From: Paraspadella gotoi
Lineage: Eukaryota; Animalia; Chaetognatha
Reading direction: 5' to 3'
Assembly: GCA_051294375.1 (NCBI GenBank)
Contig: CM119264.1
Coordinates: 16,837,245-16,901,244, forward strand
DNA length: 64,000 nucleotides
Positions 40,254 to 57,133 of the stretch are shown here, one piece after another. Position 1 is the first letter of the stretch. Each line of letters opens with the position of its first letter. A program made the position numbers and the translations under genes. The notes under the pieces were generated by a model that did no database searches, was not told the origin of the DNA, and was given only the letters and a program-made list of their open reading frames with translations.

Positions 40254-43200
40254 TCATCGAGTTCTGAATCCAATAATTTTTTTCACGTCACAAAGTGTCC
40301 GCGCCGCGATTTCCCTGGCACGTAACGCGCCGTCGTCAAGAACGTCGTCCAAATAGTCTTTGTTTTCCAGAAGATTAAGCGTTCGTTTTCGTATAGGTGC
40401 CAAGTGTTCTATCACACTTTCACTAGTGGCTTCTTTCAAAAGCACCTTTCCATTCATTTCTTCGCAAGCCCGTATGGCTACGTCCCGCTTGAGTCCAGAG
40501 AAAATGGCGTAAAGATCAATAAGGTTGGATACGCCGGGACGCAGTTCAGGTTCGTAACTGTTCGCCCGAGTAGAGTCCGTCACAGCTTTTTTAATTTTCT
40601 CCCTATAAAACGCAATTATAATTTTAACTAACAACCGAGGATAATAACAGTAAATGTTTCTGCAAGTAAAAACCTTATGCTGTCCGGTGTGTCGATGAGA
40701 TGAATTCTGCTCATATCGTCGTTTTCGCTCTTGCTCATCTTTTTGTTCGGTTGTGTAAGGCTCTTAAGTTTAGGAAAGTCTCCAATCAACGGAGTAACAT
40801 GAGAAAAAAATCCCGGAGCGAAGGCGTTGTTGAAGGAATCTTTGATGTCGTTTGTTAAATTGACATGGGAAATTTGATCAGCCCCGACGGGAACATGAGT
40901 AGCTAAAAAAACGCCGATTGTCATACAGGATAGAGAAAAAAGTAAAGCAGAGGCAAATTAAGAGATTTCACCTTCGGATTAAAAAAAACTTGGCATAATA
41001 TAAAAAATTTAACCTTTAAAAAGCAAAATGTCGGCAGCTTGCAGGACGGGATAAATCAGAAGCCCCAACTGATGCGGTTCTTCTTCCTCAGAAGCAGCTT
41101 TGCTTTTGAACTGAGGTTGGTGGCGCAGCTTGTTGTGAGAAGTCAACGTGCCCAGAATCCAGCATAATTCAGAATGTTCGTGAAGGTCGGATTGTACGTA
41201 GAGCAAGCATCTGATTTAATAAAAAAAAACAAAAAAACGGTAATTACCTATAATATACTTGTCTAATAGGGCGAAGTGATGAAAGTTTGGAATTAAAATT
41301 TAGCAGTTATCTCTTGAAAACTATCTTATTAGTCGGATCTGCTTATCAGCAGATCCCGACTCTATATACTCACTTGTCGGTCCGTCGGTCCGCGCCCCCT
41401 CAATATTGTCGGGGAATAACTTATATCACGTCAGAACATCGAATTATGATAAATTATGCAAAAAAAAATGATGTCCCGTTTCCGTCGTCCCCTTAGCAAA
41501 AAACACCAATACTCGTGATTGGATGGATGGATTTGAATAAAATTTTGTGTGTGGATAGCTAAGTGTGTGATTGAGCTGGATATGAAGTTTCGATGGAATC
41601 GTCCAAGTGGAAATGATTTAAATGGAAAAAACAAAAAAAATATATTCACTATTTGAACACCAATTGCTCATGAGTGGATGGGCTGATTGACCTGGAATTT
41701 TGTATGTGGGTAGGAAAGTGTGTGATTGAACAGGAAATCAAGTTTCGATGGAATAGTTTGAGTGGAAATGAGTTTAAATGGAAAAAAAACAAAAAACCTG
41801 TTTCACTAATTGATTATGCTTCTTTTTCCTTTTATATTAAATGTATATGCAGGATGTATTAATAAATAAAATAATTAATCAGTTAATTAATCAATTAGTA
41901 AATAAATTAATCAATAATTAATTAATTAGTCAATCTATCCGTCCATCCGTCCCACCTTAGCAAAAAGCTCCAATAACTCGTGATTGGCTGGTTGGATTGG
42001 AATTAAATTTTGTGTGTGGGTAGGAAAGTGTGTGATAAAGCTGGATAAGTTTCGATGGAATCGTGTGAGTGGAAATTAGTTTAAATGGAAAAAACATAAT
42101 TCGCATTTACTAAAATCTTTTTACTTATTTAACAATAAATACTCTAATTAATCATAATTGGATGGATAGATAGAGTTGAAATTTTGTGTGTGGGTAGGAA
42201 AATTTGTGACGAAGCTTGATATAAAGTTTCGGTGGAAACGTACCAGTGGAAATGAGTTTAAATGAAAAAAATATGAGTCACATTTACTTGAATCTTTTTA
42301 TTTATTTTAACCCATGATAGATTGAGATGAAATTTTGTGAGCCGGTAGGAAAGTGAGTGAAGAAGCTAGATATAAAGTTTTGACGGAAGCAAGTTGAAAA
42401 AATGATGCAAGTTAAAAGCATAAGGATCGTCGCAATTGCATAAAAAGAGAGAGAGAGAGAGAAAGTGAGAAAGAGAGAGAGAGAAAGTGAGAGAGAGAGA
42501 GAGAGTGAGAGAAGGAGACAAAATAAAATAGAGGATATTTGTTTGTTTTGATAAAATGTAAACAAAACATTTAATAACTGTCCTGACTCAATTTTAAGGA
42601 CATCGATGATGACAAGCTAAATATAAATTATAATTAATTATTAAAATTAATTAATTAAATAATTAATCGATTAATTAATTAATCGATTAATTAATTAATC
42701 GATTAATTAATTATCGTAGGCGGATCCGACATTGTTTGCTCAAACTTGTTAATGAACACTAATCTCCAGTTATTTTTCTAATATAGTAGCCCAGTCAGCT
42801 TATTTTGAATATACCAGGAGAGCCACCGAAACTGACCCCAATAAAACTAATAGCTCTGTAACCAATTCGAATATAAATTTTATTGAGAGCGCAATACAAT
42901 CATAAAACAAGTTTGCATCGGACGAGCGAAATATTTCGAGATCAACATTTTACGCAACTTAACAATTCATTGATTATCTCTTCACCTTATGGAATTAAAA
43001 CCTCTACCATGATGAAAAAAAAATTGTCGCCGTTTGGAAAAGTCGGTTAATTTCATTGTCAAATATATTTTTTGGCCATTAAATAAGTTTTAATATGTAA
43101 TATGACCTCCCTAGGACTGAATAAAAATATTATTTCTCAACAGCATAAAATTATTTATTGCATACAATTACTTCCAAAAGAGGTCGTCTAACTGTTTTCA

Positions 43201-44472
43201 CCTCTTTTTGATCAAGAAGACTACTCATATTATTATTAATATTATATCTTTAACATAATATTTTTTATCAGATTTTGAGCAAAAAATGGTCTTTGATCCC
43301 TTATAAAGTAAACCAGGCTTGAGTTGTTGCTACATAATGTGATGATGCATTGTTTTTCCCTTCAACAAAATATTTGATTTATTTTTAACTCGTTTGATAC
43401 TTCGTTCGAAAATTAATAAAAAGAAAAAGAAAAAAAAACCGAATGATTGATGCGATAACGAATAATTGATAAAATAATAATTGTAATAGTAATTGATTGA
43501 GTGATTGATGTATTAGTAATTTAATGATCGATATAATAATAATAATTGAAAGATAGATGTAATAATAATTAAATATAGATATAATAATAATTGAATGATA
43601 AATATAATAATACTTAATTAATTATGGATGCGATAATAATCATTCATAGATACGATGATAATCATTCATTGATGCGATGATAATCATTTATTTGAAGTAC
43701 TATCCTTATATATTATATAATGTAAAAATTACAAAAGTTTTTTAAAATTTTTTTTAAATTTAAATTTTAACCGTCTAAATTTTATTTTCGTCGACCGCGG
43801 TTATGGTGGCTTCTGAAAAATCATTTAAAAATACTTATTTAAAAAAAATATTACCCAATTACCTTAACCCTAAACCCTCCTGACCCTAACCACTCCTATA
43901 TCACCCTTAACCCTAACCCCGGTCGGCGAGAGTAAAAGTAACCCGAATAAATTATAGTATTTTTATGGGTTTATATTTTGATGTTCTTTATGCAAATTTT
44001 ATTATCCAATCTCCATCTTAAGAGCGCATTTAAAAAAAAATTTCATACTTTTTATTAATTGAGGTACTACCTTGTGGGATCGAGACCACATCCAATCAAA
44101 GTGGCGACGAGTTCGTAAACACCGCGACGCAAGTCTTCTGGATTCTGTCTAACGGTGATAGCGTGCATGTCGACGATACTAAAGATGCTACGTCCATCGT
44201 TCTGGAAAACTTTTAAATTGTACACTTAAGCTGATGTAGGCGGATTAGCTTGTCAAAAGATTAAAAGAACAAGTTTCCACCTGCAGATCGATCCAATGCC
44301 GAACTGCACCTAGATAATTTCCCAAATGAATCCGCCCAGTTGGTTGTACTCCGGAATAGATCAGTTTCGAAAAGGCGGGAGAAGAGGCGTCGAAGCTACA
44401 TAGTCGGACGGGAAGATTTTTATATATCGTCCGCGCGACGTACAACGTTTGGCTCTTATAAAAAGTCCACAT
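40254..44472 (-). CDS. WARS2: Mitochondrial tryptophanyl-tRNA synthetase
   Basis: [56 protein letters not shown]; basic presequence-like N-terminus. Confidence 0.95.
41331..42750 (-). mobile_element. Helentron-associated non-autonomous element (reverse orientation, extra internal units) in a WARS2 intron
   Basis: Begins AGTCGGATCTGCTTATCAGCAGATCCCGACT and ends GGATCCGACATTGTTTGCTCAAACTTGTT, the reverse complement of the 22163 copy's termini. Confidence 0.75.
43790..43945. repeat. Short repeat with degenerate CCCTAA units; related copy at ~57810-58070
   Basis: Both end ...aaccccggtcggc(g/a)a.agtaaaa after runs of ccctaacc/cttaaccc; resembles Helitron/Helentron-type non-autonomous elements. 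Confidence 0.55.
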
Positions 44473-44637
44473 AATTTAAAATCTGATAGCAGAAAAAAGG
44501 AAAAATCTAGAAAAAAAAACAATCACGTTTCATCGAATCGATAAACGGCCAACGGAGAAAACATTTAGTAGGCGGTTTCATTTTTTTTTAATTAGCATGA
44601 AGACTACACGATGCAAACATGACTCATTCCACCGGCG

Positions 44638-46182
44638 TCACTGTATCACAGAAGAATGGCGTGAATTTTGCGTACTGCTAAGCAAGAAGTGTTTACAGAG
44701 TTCGTAACATGACCAGCTAATTGCCGTGGCAGGCATCTGCTGAACCACGCGAGGACGGCAACCCTTGAAAAACCCTAATTTAATACAAAGAATATAGAAA
44801 ATATATAATAAAAGAACAAGAATCATAAATACTAAAGACAAGTACCTCCGATTCCATTGGTGAGATACACGATCCTGAAAGCGTGGAACATTCCCGATAT
44901 TCTCGCTGTTCGCGTGTTGTTGAGTGAGAAACCGGGTCCCGCAGAGGTCGGCGTCTCCGCGCAATGAGGTACAGCGCAGAGTCCTTCAATTAAGGACAAA
45001 TTTAATTAGCACCTACAAATATTTGCGTGTAACCTGTAGTCTTTCATGTAGCCTATACAATCTCCACCTTGCTGGGTGTTGAGCAAAGTTCTGCAAACGT
45101 CTAGGGGCGTTGTGATGGCGGCGGCGACACCACCGGCCACCGCGCCAGAGACCATGTGTGTCATAGGATTGTATTTTCTTTCGTTATTTGTCCATTCTTG
45201 CATTTGTTCATAAATAACGAAATGAGAGACTTGGAAAGGGATATTCATAGTCAAAGCAGTGATGTAGCTTCGGTAGAACGCATGTACTCCTTCTGTCCGA
45301 AAAACCTAACGCAAAAAAAAATTAATAGAAAAAACCTAAGCAAAAACAAATAAGTAATTATTAAAAATTTCAGCATTACAAACCTCCGCAAAGCATTTTC
45401 GACAGTTTTTATACGGACTCTGGAACATCTGCATTCTTTGCTTGACGACTTCGGCGGGATTCATGACTGCGTCATGAAGCAGCGTCGCCGCTCCGCCTGA
45501 AATATATAAAAAATTAGTAATATTTTATGAGCGTTTATGTCCAATATATTAAACACCCATATAAATCATTAATCAATTATATAAAAAAATATTTCGAAGG
45601 TATACAAAAAATTTAAAAACGACGAAAGTCCTACATTTATGTATGTATTACTAAAGAAAATGCGTACCTGCAACAGCATTGGCTATTGGAGACTCCCCGG
45701 GTTTTCCGTGTAGCAATTTGACAGTAAAATCCCGTTTAATTCTTTCGTAACAAGCAAAGTACAAAGCATGGGCGGGGCCAGCGCCACAGAACACAGATTG
45801 CACTCCCCTCATGGTGTGCGGAAGTCCCTCCGTGGACGAAATTTTCCGCAAGGCGTCTAGGAAAAATGGATTCAAAGGGTTAAGAAACAGAAAACCAAGG
45901 AATTGAAGAAATACCTAATAATAAATGAATAATTGTAGCACCTGTTATTGACTTATAATTGGTCTCCGGGTGAGTCTTTATACACATCATCCTCGTCTTG
46001 ACGACGTCGACAGGGTACATTATGCAGTGTTCGGCGATGCCGGCCAAAGATCCCGCTAACATGTGGTGAGACATTGGGCTCTCGGGCGGAAGCGACTCGT
46101 ACGGGTCATCTTCCTCTAACATGACTACGTCAAGTTGACGAGAAGCATTATTTAAAAAGGAAGCATTCGGGTTATACTCCAT
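44638..46182 (-). CDS. Mitoferrin (mitochondrial iron carrier, SLC25A28/37 family)
   Basis: [103 protein letters not shown]. Confidence 0.95.
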
Positions 46183-46524
46183 TTGTTTAAGTCACACACA
46201 TCTGCCGTTTTATACCTGTTAACAAAGATTAAGCTGGATGTTTAAGAAAGTCTGGAAGTGTTCTGACGATAAGAATGATCCGCACATGACTAGTTTTTGT
46301 TTACAGTTTTTATTTCTTTTTGGCTTATGAAAGTTGAGGCATAATCCTTAATTTTCTGTAGTTGATCAATCTAAAATGAAATTAAGTGCTGTCGCTTGAA
46401 CTCTTTTAGACGAGAAAAAATAATTTTCAATTCTAACAAAATACGAAGGATCCAAAAATCGGGATATTTCTGAAAGGAATTTTTTTTCCATTACAAATTA
46501 AATTTTACTCGAGTTTCTACAGAT

Positions 46525-50166
<3,642 letters not shown>

Positions 50167-50357
50167 TTTGGATCCTTTTAACTAAAACTAAAATATAATG
50201 AAACAATAAAGAGCAAGACGGTCTACAGGGATTGGTTAATATAAACTACTAAGTAAATATTAAATGAAAAGGGAAAAATTACAGAAATAAAAAAATACGC
50301 GAAATTAATATGCTGTAAAATGTTTATATTTAAATTGGTATTCGGATTTATAAAATC

Positions 50358-53175
50358 TTAAGGATCGCTCGGTTTCTGGCACCCATCTCCAGAAGGCGAA
50401 CTTTCTTTCTTCGGTTCGTCGCATTTCGGAGATTCAGAGCTGTTGGCGCAGTTGGCGTTAGCGGCAAGAGGTTGCGCCACGGGAATAACGGGGGCGGGTG
50501 TCGCGGAAATTGCGTTAGGAGTAGAATCGAGGCAATTTGGCGTCTCGGTAATCGATTCTTCCTTCGATCCTGGCGCGGTGGATTCCTGCACTGAGACAGG
50601 TTGCTCAGACGAATCGCTCGGCGACGTTTCGTCAGGCTCAGGAGGTTCAGAAGGCGCGGTCGAAGGCGCGCTGGACAGCTGGTTTTGCTCTTCTACGAGT
50701 GTCTCGCGGGAAGAAACATCATCCGTAGTGTCGAGTTGCGACTCAGATGTCTTAGTCTCCGCCACCTCAGCATTTGACTCCGGCGGCGTCGGCATCGAAG
50801 GAGCCCCAGAAGGGATGGAATTTTGAGAGGCTTCCACGGGCGACGACGAAGAAGGTTCGGACGGCGTCGTGAGAGGACCGTTCGACGTCCCGGAAGAGGC
50901 GGCCGATGGTAATGCAGACGGGGTAGAAGGGCCCATTGGCGTTTTTGGGGGTGCTGCGTCAGGAATACCAACCGTCGAAGGCCCAGGGATAACTTCGTTA
51001 GGGGAAGATGCAGATGAAGTGCTAGTGGGACCCGCTGTGCTGGAGAGAACGATCTTAGAAGCGCCCGCCACCGCTAAAAAAATCATCTTAAATAGTAAGC
51101 ACGCAATAAAAAACATTTTGACGAGCAAGTACGTACCCATTGAAGCCCTTTTCTCATTATATGCATTTTTGATGGCATCACAATGCTTCCGATAGAATTC
51201 GTCGCACTGCTCTTTTGTTACTTTAAAGTCGCATTGCTTGCTATACTCATCGTTAAACTTCTCGGCTGCTTCCAGGAATTTTCGCTTTTTATTTTCGTGT
51301 TTTTCCTCTAACTGGAAAGCGAGAATAATTAATTAGTAATTGCAACATAAAATAACTTTGAGAAAGGTTTTTATGGCATTGTGGCAACACATTCACGATA
51401 GCCACCCGCCTGAGTCCATCAGCGAACTCCCGGCGTCGTAAGAGCGAGAATTCTCTCTTCCCACCAAGCGGTCTTGAGTTCGCGCTTCATTGGTGTCAAT
51501 GCTAGTACAAGGTGACACACGACAGCCCGCCGCTAAAAAAACAAGTTTNNNNNNNNNNCGACTAAAAATTTCATTTGCAAACTTGTAGAGATTTTTTCTG
51601 TAGTAAAGACCTAAATCATTTATTTATATATCCAAATTTTATATTGATTTGACTCGGCAATGAGCGGAGAAAAGTTGCCTTCAAAATCGTGTTTCATTTT
51701 AAAACTCCTTTTTTTCCTTTCAATCTGTTTGTATAACTTTTTAAATATTTAAAAAAAAAATTAAATATATGAAGAGAATGGCATAATTAAAAATACTATA
51801 ATTTCAAAATTAGCCTATTCATAATAACCAATCAATATAAAATTTGAATATATAAATGATTTAGGTTTTTACTACAAAAAAAATCTTTCAGATTAAAAAA
51901 ATCTGTATAAGTTTGAAAATAACGATTTTTTTTAGCGGCGGGATGTCGTGTGTCACCTTGTAAGCGGGACGGGAGATCTAACCCGCCTGTAGTGGCGGAC
52001 TACAGTCAGATCCAAAGTTCTGAAACTAGCAAATAACAGGCGGCAATTTGTCCTGTGGCACTAAAACATAATGTAAAAAAATTATTACAATCCCAGAAAA
52101 ACGATTTATTGGCAAAAAGCAACGGTGAACGATTAAGAAAAACTGAATGAAGAGAAAAACCTGTTGCAATTCGTTTTCCAGTTTTTCCTGATGCATACTG
52201 AGACTCTGAACCTGACGTTTTAGGATATTCATCCTTTGCGTTGTAACAACAGAACGCGCATCAGGGACCATAGATTCTGAAAAAATCTGTACAAAAAAAA
52301 ATTTGCAAAAAGTCTGTGTAAAAATAATTCGATGCCCATTTTTAATAAAATTTCGCAGTGAAAAACCTCGTTGACGAGAAGATGATTGCGAGAATATCTT
52401 GCTGATGCAGAGTGCTTGATAGAGAAACCGTCACTGTTATCGTCGTCGTCGTCAGCGGCAGGAATAAGAGCCACTTTTGGGAAGTCTGCGTTCTTACTGG
52501 CGGACTGCTTTTGATGCTGTGAGGACGTCGTGGTGGATTCGTCGTTGTTTGCAGTTGCGCTGAAACGAAAGAAATAATTAAGGATAATAGGGAAGACGGG
52601 GTGAAGCGCGCCAAATAAAAACCAACAGTTAAATTACTTCTTTTTGTCTCTCAGGTAAGCTTGATATTCCGCCGATTGATGATAGGCTTTTAGAGCGATT
52701 GCGTAGTCGGCCTTTTCGGCTTCCCATTCTTCTACCAATTCTTGTTTCTCTTCGTCAGTCACTTCCCTCCACATTGATCCCACGATTTTACCTATGATAA
52801 TGATTTAATGAATCAAAAACATTTAAGTCCCGAGAGTAACTTACAATTTCGGCAATCAAGTAACATTAACTTACCAATCTCCCATAGCTTGAGATCAGGA
52901 TGTTTTGCTTTGACAGAATCCCACACTTTTTTACTATACCGCATATACGGCATCAATGGTTTTTCCGGAGGCTTCGGGGGTTTAGCAGTGTGCAAAACAC
53001 TCGGCCTTGATCCCAACTTGGCGGGACTAAAAGCCGGACTCGCATTCTCATTGTGAACGAAAGGGCTACTCGCTTGAGAAGTATTGGAAAATGATTGAGC
53101 GTTCGCAACCATTTTTGTTGGTGTGAAGTTGTTCGAAATTTGACCAACAATTCGATAATTCATGGGAAGAGCCAT
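50358..53175 (-). CDS. SMARCE1: SWI/SNF subunit BAF57 (HMG box, NHRLI-like region, coiled coil, S/T/P-rich tail); start at 53175 or 53112
   Basis: [103 protein letters not shown]. Confidence 0.95.
51372..52030 (-). ncRNA. Candidate structured intronic RNA (~205 nt once the MITE at 51508-51960 is removed)
   Basis: GC-rich flanks of the MITE fold together: GCTAGT/ACTAGC spans the insertion site; GGATCTGAC/GTTAGATCT, TGTAGT/ACTACA, GCGAACTC/GAGTTCGC, GCATTG/CAATGC; ANANNA-like ACACCA and a 3' ACA. Confidence 0.45.
51508..51960. mobile_element. Tc1/mariner-type MITE containing an assembly gap
   Basis: TA|CAAGGTGACACACGACAGCCCGCCGCTAAAAAA ... TTTTTAGCGGCGGGATGTCGTGTGTCACCTTG|TA; same TIR start at ~56565; N-run at 51549-51558. 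Confidence 0.85.
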
Positions 53176-54115
53176 GTCCCTTTTCTATGAAAGTCAATAT
53201 AAAGCGATTAAAAATATACGATAACATTAACTAATAATATCAATCATTTTTTGAAAAAGATGTATTTTTTTTCTTCAGGAAGTTCTTGAAACAAAGCAAT
53301 TTTCTTTTCTGGGAGAATTTTCACAAATGAAGCAAATGGATGGATAAGGGGAATAGTGGATTTTAACCGATCGTTGGCCGCATTAACTTTCTATTAACGT
53401 GATCCCGTGACTACGTACATAAGTAAGAAACTAATGTACAACAATCATCTCTGGCGTATATTACCCGCCTAAAAAAAATTGCCTTTACATCAATTACTAC
53501 ACTTAAGTGCCAAATAATATTTAAAATGACTCAGAATTGCACGTGTTGAACAAATTCAAATAAAAGTGGTACCGACTGATGAAAAGGGTCAGATTGACCG
53601 ATCAAAATTGACTTGCGTCATTATCAATTGTTTTATAACTTGTACAGGTGTTTTTTATGAAAGATATATAAGTTAAATAAATAATAAAATTAAATGTAAA
53701 ATAATTTTATTATTTACGACGTTTTATTAAAATTTTGGACGTTTCGGCTTTTAGAACCATAAACAAGTAAAAACTTTTAAAATCTGAAATTCTGAAAGGA
53801 ATTATGATCCTCATAGAAATCTCCCTAGGCGGTGTCTCGCCTTTTGGTAATAGCAATATTAAAATATAATTAAATAGCTTCTAGTTAAAATCTGAGCTAA
53901 GTTTAAAAAATATATATACCGCTAAAACCAGCATATTAAAAAAAAGGTAATCCTAAATAGTTAGATGAAAAATGAATTTTTGATAGAGTAGAAATATAAT
54001 AAAATATTGGACTAATTATTTAATTTATCAATTTATATGGCAGAATTTTGTTAAAAATTTTTTTAGCTTTTTTTCAGCCCAAAAAATTTATTTGAAGAAG
54101 CGTTCATCAAACTTA

Positions 54116-54323
54116 CCAATGTCAAACAATTTAAGCTCTGAAAAATCTGCTTTTACTGAATCGAAGACGTTTTTGAAAAGCGCATATACGATGTAAGGGG
54201 CCGTTTTAGAGGATCAGGCGAAATTATAGCTCAAGTTTGGTTTTTTTCAATGTTGTGATGTAGCGACCTGAAAATAATACCAGATCCGTCGTCAGGAGAA
54301 TGTGGACCACAAATAAAGTTCAT
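54116..54323 (-). pseudogene. Degenerate duplicate of SMARCE1 exon 1
   Basis: Frameshifted translation ..PLKRPLTSYMRF-KNVFDSVKADFSELKLFDIG followed by the homologous GTAAG donor. Confidence 0.65.
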
Positions 54324-54878
54324 TTTTAATATAAACTTCAGTTTTACTTTATATCCTAAAGTTATAAAACAAAAAAAATTTAAAAAATCAAATGCAAATT
54401 GCACATGTGAGATAAAACCAAAAATAACACTACTGATAATAAAAAATAAAGCTGGATATTACTGGGAAGAGAACAAAATGTTGACACTAATACAGCACAA
54501 TATCAATGAGTAGGAATTAAATGCGAAAGTAAAAAGTAATAAAAGATGCTAATTATGAACGAAGAGGAATTTAGTAATTGGACAGTTTCTCTTGGCATAA
54601 AAAATTGACAACGCTTTCATTCCATCAAACATTTAATACATGACTTAACGAACATGACCTAATCCATCGCTCAAAAGCACCTAGTATCATTACTTGGTTT
54701 GGAAATAGTACACTAATTATTCATATTCAAATACAAGCATGCATAAATTTATTTCAATTTCAAAGGTGCCATTACGTCAAGAATTGACCAAACCTTATTA
54801 AATATAATAAAAACTATATGAATGGCTAATGTAAAATTACTTTTTACCCCCACTGATTTCATTGAAAATAATAGGTTG

Positions 54879-55343
54879 CTATTTCAAATTCTTATGCATC
54901 AAATAGGCCTGATATTCAGCCGATTCATGATAAGCCTTAAGCGCGATGGCGTAATCGGCCTTCTCTACTTTCCATTCCTCTATCAATTCTTGCTTTTCTT
55001 CATCCGCCATTTCTCGCCACATTGATCCGATTATTTTTCCTGCAAAAATGACGTTCATAATAATAATAACAGGGTTATGACACTAATTAATAAGTGTAAG
55101 CTTACCGATTTCGCATAATTTGAGATCAGGATGTTTCGCTTTAACCGAATCCCATACTCTCTTGCTGAAACGCATGTAGGGCACGAGAGGTTTGTCTGGT
55201 GGTCTCAGCGGATTCGTGTTATGCAAAATATTTGGGTTGGCTGCCAAGTCGGATTGGTTGAATGAAGTAGTTCCACTTTCATTGTGCACAAAAGGCCCAC
55301 TCGATTGGGATGAGTCGGAAAATGATTGTGAATTGGAGTCCAT
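54879..55343 (-). CDS. HMG-box-only SMARCE1 paralog (2 exons, intact ORF ending just after the HMG box)
   Basis: [40 protein letters not shown] / [53 protein letters not shown]; same intron position as SMARCE1. Confidence 0.75.
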
Positions 55344-56329
55344 CTTTATTTGCTTTAAAAATAAAAAAAAACTTATAAGATTCTCCCTTGCACGATTTTT
55401 GATCTTTGATACAATAAATAAATACAATGTGGCGGAATACATCGATGTATTCGATAGTGAATTGTTGGTATAAAAGAAAAACGACAAAATGTTTTAGCGA
55501 ATATTGGAAATGAAATTCGTAAAGATGTACGTACCGGCGTTTCGGCGATTTACAGATCACTAATAACAGAAAATGCGGCTTCGCATTTTCTTCTTTATTC
55601 GAAGCAGTTCGAATGTCGTACACAGAAGACGGAGCCCGCGACACACGTGTCTTTAAACGAGAATGCAACCACATTCGGAATCAGGCATAAAACAGCCGAA
55701 CATCCGGGGAGCGAGGCTTTTTCTCGGCGCAAGCGTTTTGCCGCTCAGAAGACTAACAGCTCGAAGCGCTCCGCCGGCTTGAGAGAAGACGCCGCGTCTT
55801 TTGTTTCACAGCATCTATCTTTTTCTGTATGGTTTTTAAATATCAACTTAACACTCCGACGTCTTTTGTTTTATTAGGGTTAACCTTACTCAGTAAAGTG
55901 GAATTTGTAAGGTGAAATTTGAATTGAAGCACCTGCTCAAACGAAGATTTAAACATTAAAAAAAAAAAAAATTGAATAGACAAAATTTTTTTAATATTAC
56001 TCTATACCCCATATATTAATTTTTTAATATCTATTTATAAATAGGAATGGCAAAATTTTTTTAAAAATATTTTTATTTTTATGATCAGATTCAGGGAGCT
56101 TGCAAAAACTTGATCACAAGTGGGTGAAAAATATGAAAAACTATTAATAATCATCATCCTTATCATATTTTGATAATTTTATTTATTTTTTTAAATTTTG
56201 ACCAAGAAAAAAAGAATTTTTGAAATTTGTAATTATATTTTTTTTTAGTGACTTGTTATGCTCTATCAGATTTAGAATCCATCAAAAAAAGTTGAGTTTG
56301 ATTTTTAAAAAAAATTATAATTATATAGT

Positions 56330-57133
56330 AAACAAGAGAAAAGATTGATTTTTACAACGAATTTTTATTTTTAATTTGCATACATGTTTCGAATAGTATT
56401 CTATTCATCGTCAATTACAAGTTTAGGCAATGTTAAAATTAAGTTTGAAAGAGAGAGACACAGAGAGTAACAGAGAAAGAGAGAGCTAAACCATCTAACA
56501 AAGGGTTGAGGGAATGACAAACCAGAGGGTGAGGACTGCTGAAGTTTTATATCAGATTGAAGGATACAAGGTGACACAAGACAGCCCGCCTCGTTGCCCT
56601 CATGCTTTCCCGCGTGGCGTCGCTCTTTTATACTAAAATCCGCAGACCGACGATTCCACGTGATGAGTTTATTTAAGCTGGAAGTTATTGAGTTTCTTTT
56701 CCGCGTAAGTTTCGAGTTCTGCCACGCCGTTTGAAGACTTGCTTCCCGGCCGATGCACCAGCAATAAAGAACCCCCTCCTCGACCTAGCGGAGAGGGAGA
56801 GACTAGAGGACGTTAAAACGAAAACTAATAGCCAAACTGAAATGTCTGGCTTTTCCAAAAGCTAACACGCTTTTAAAATGCCCAAATAAGGAAATGTCTG
56901 GCTGCCCCCAAAGCTTTATTTTTCTTTCCTAAAAGCTAACTTTGCTTTGAAAATGCCCAAATAAGGAAATGTTTAACTGTCCCTAAAGATATATTTCTCT
57001 CTCTCTCTCTCAAACTTAATTTTAATATTGCCTAAACTTATTTTACACTGACGATGAATATAATACTATTCAAAACATGTATGCAAATTAAAAACAAAAA
57101 TTCGCTGTGAAAATCGATCTTTTCTCTTGTTTA
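56330..57133. mobile_element. Older Penelope-like fold-back with degenerate hammerhead motifs in both arms
   Basis: Inverted arms aaacaagagaaaagattgatttt..gcatacatgtttcgaatag / ctattcaaaacatgtatgc..gatcttttctcttgttt; cores TTGACGA..GAAACATGTA (-) and CTGACGA..AAAACATGTA (+). Confidence 0.6.
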
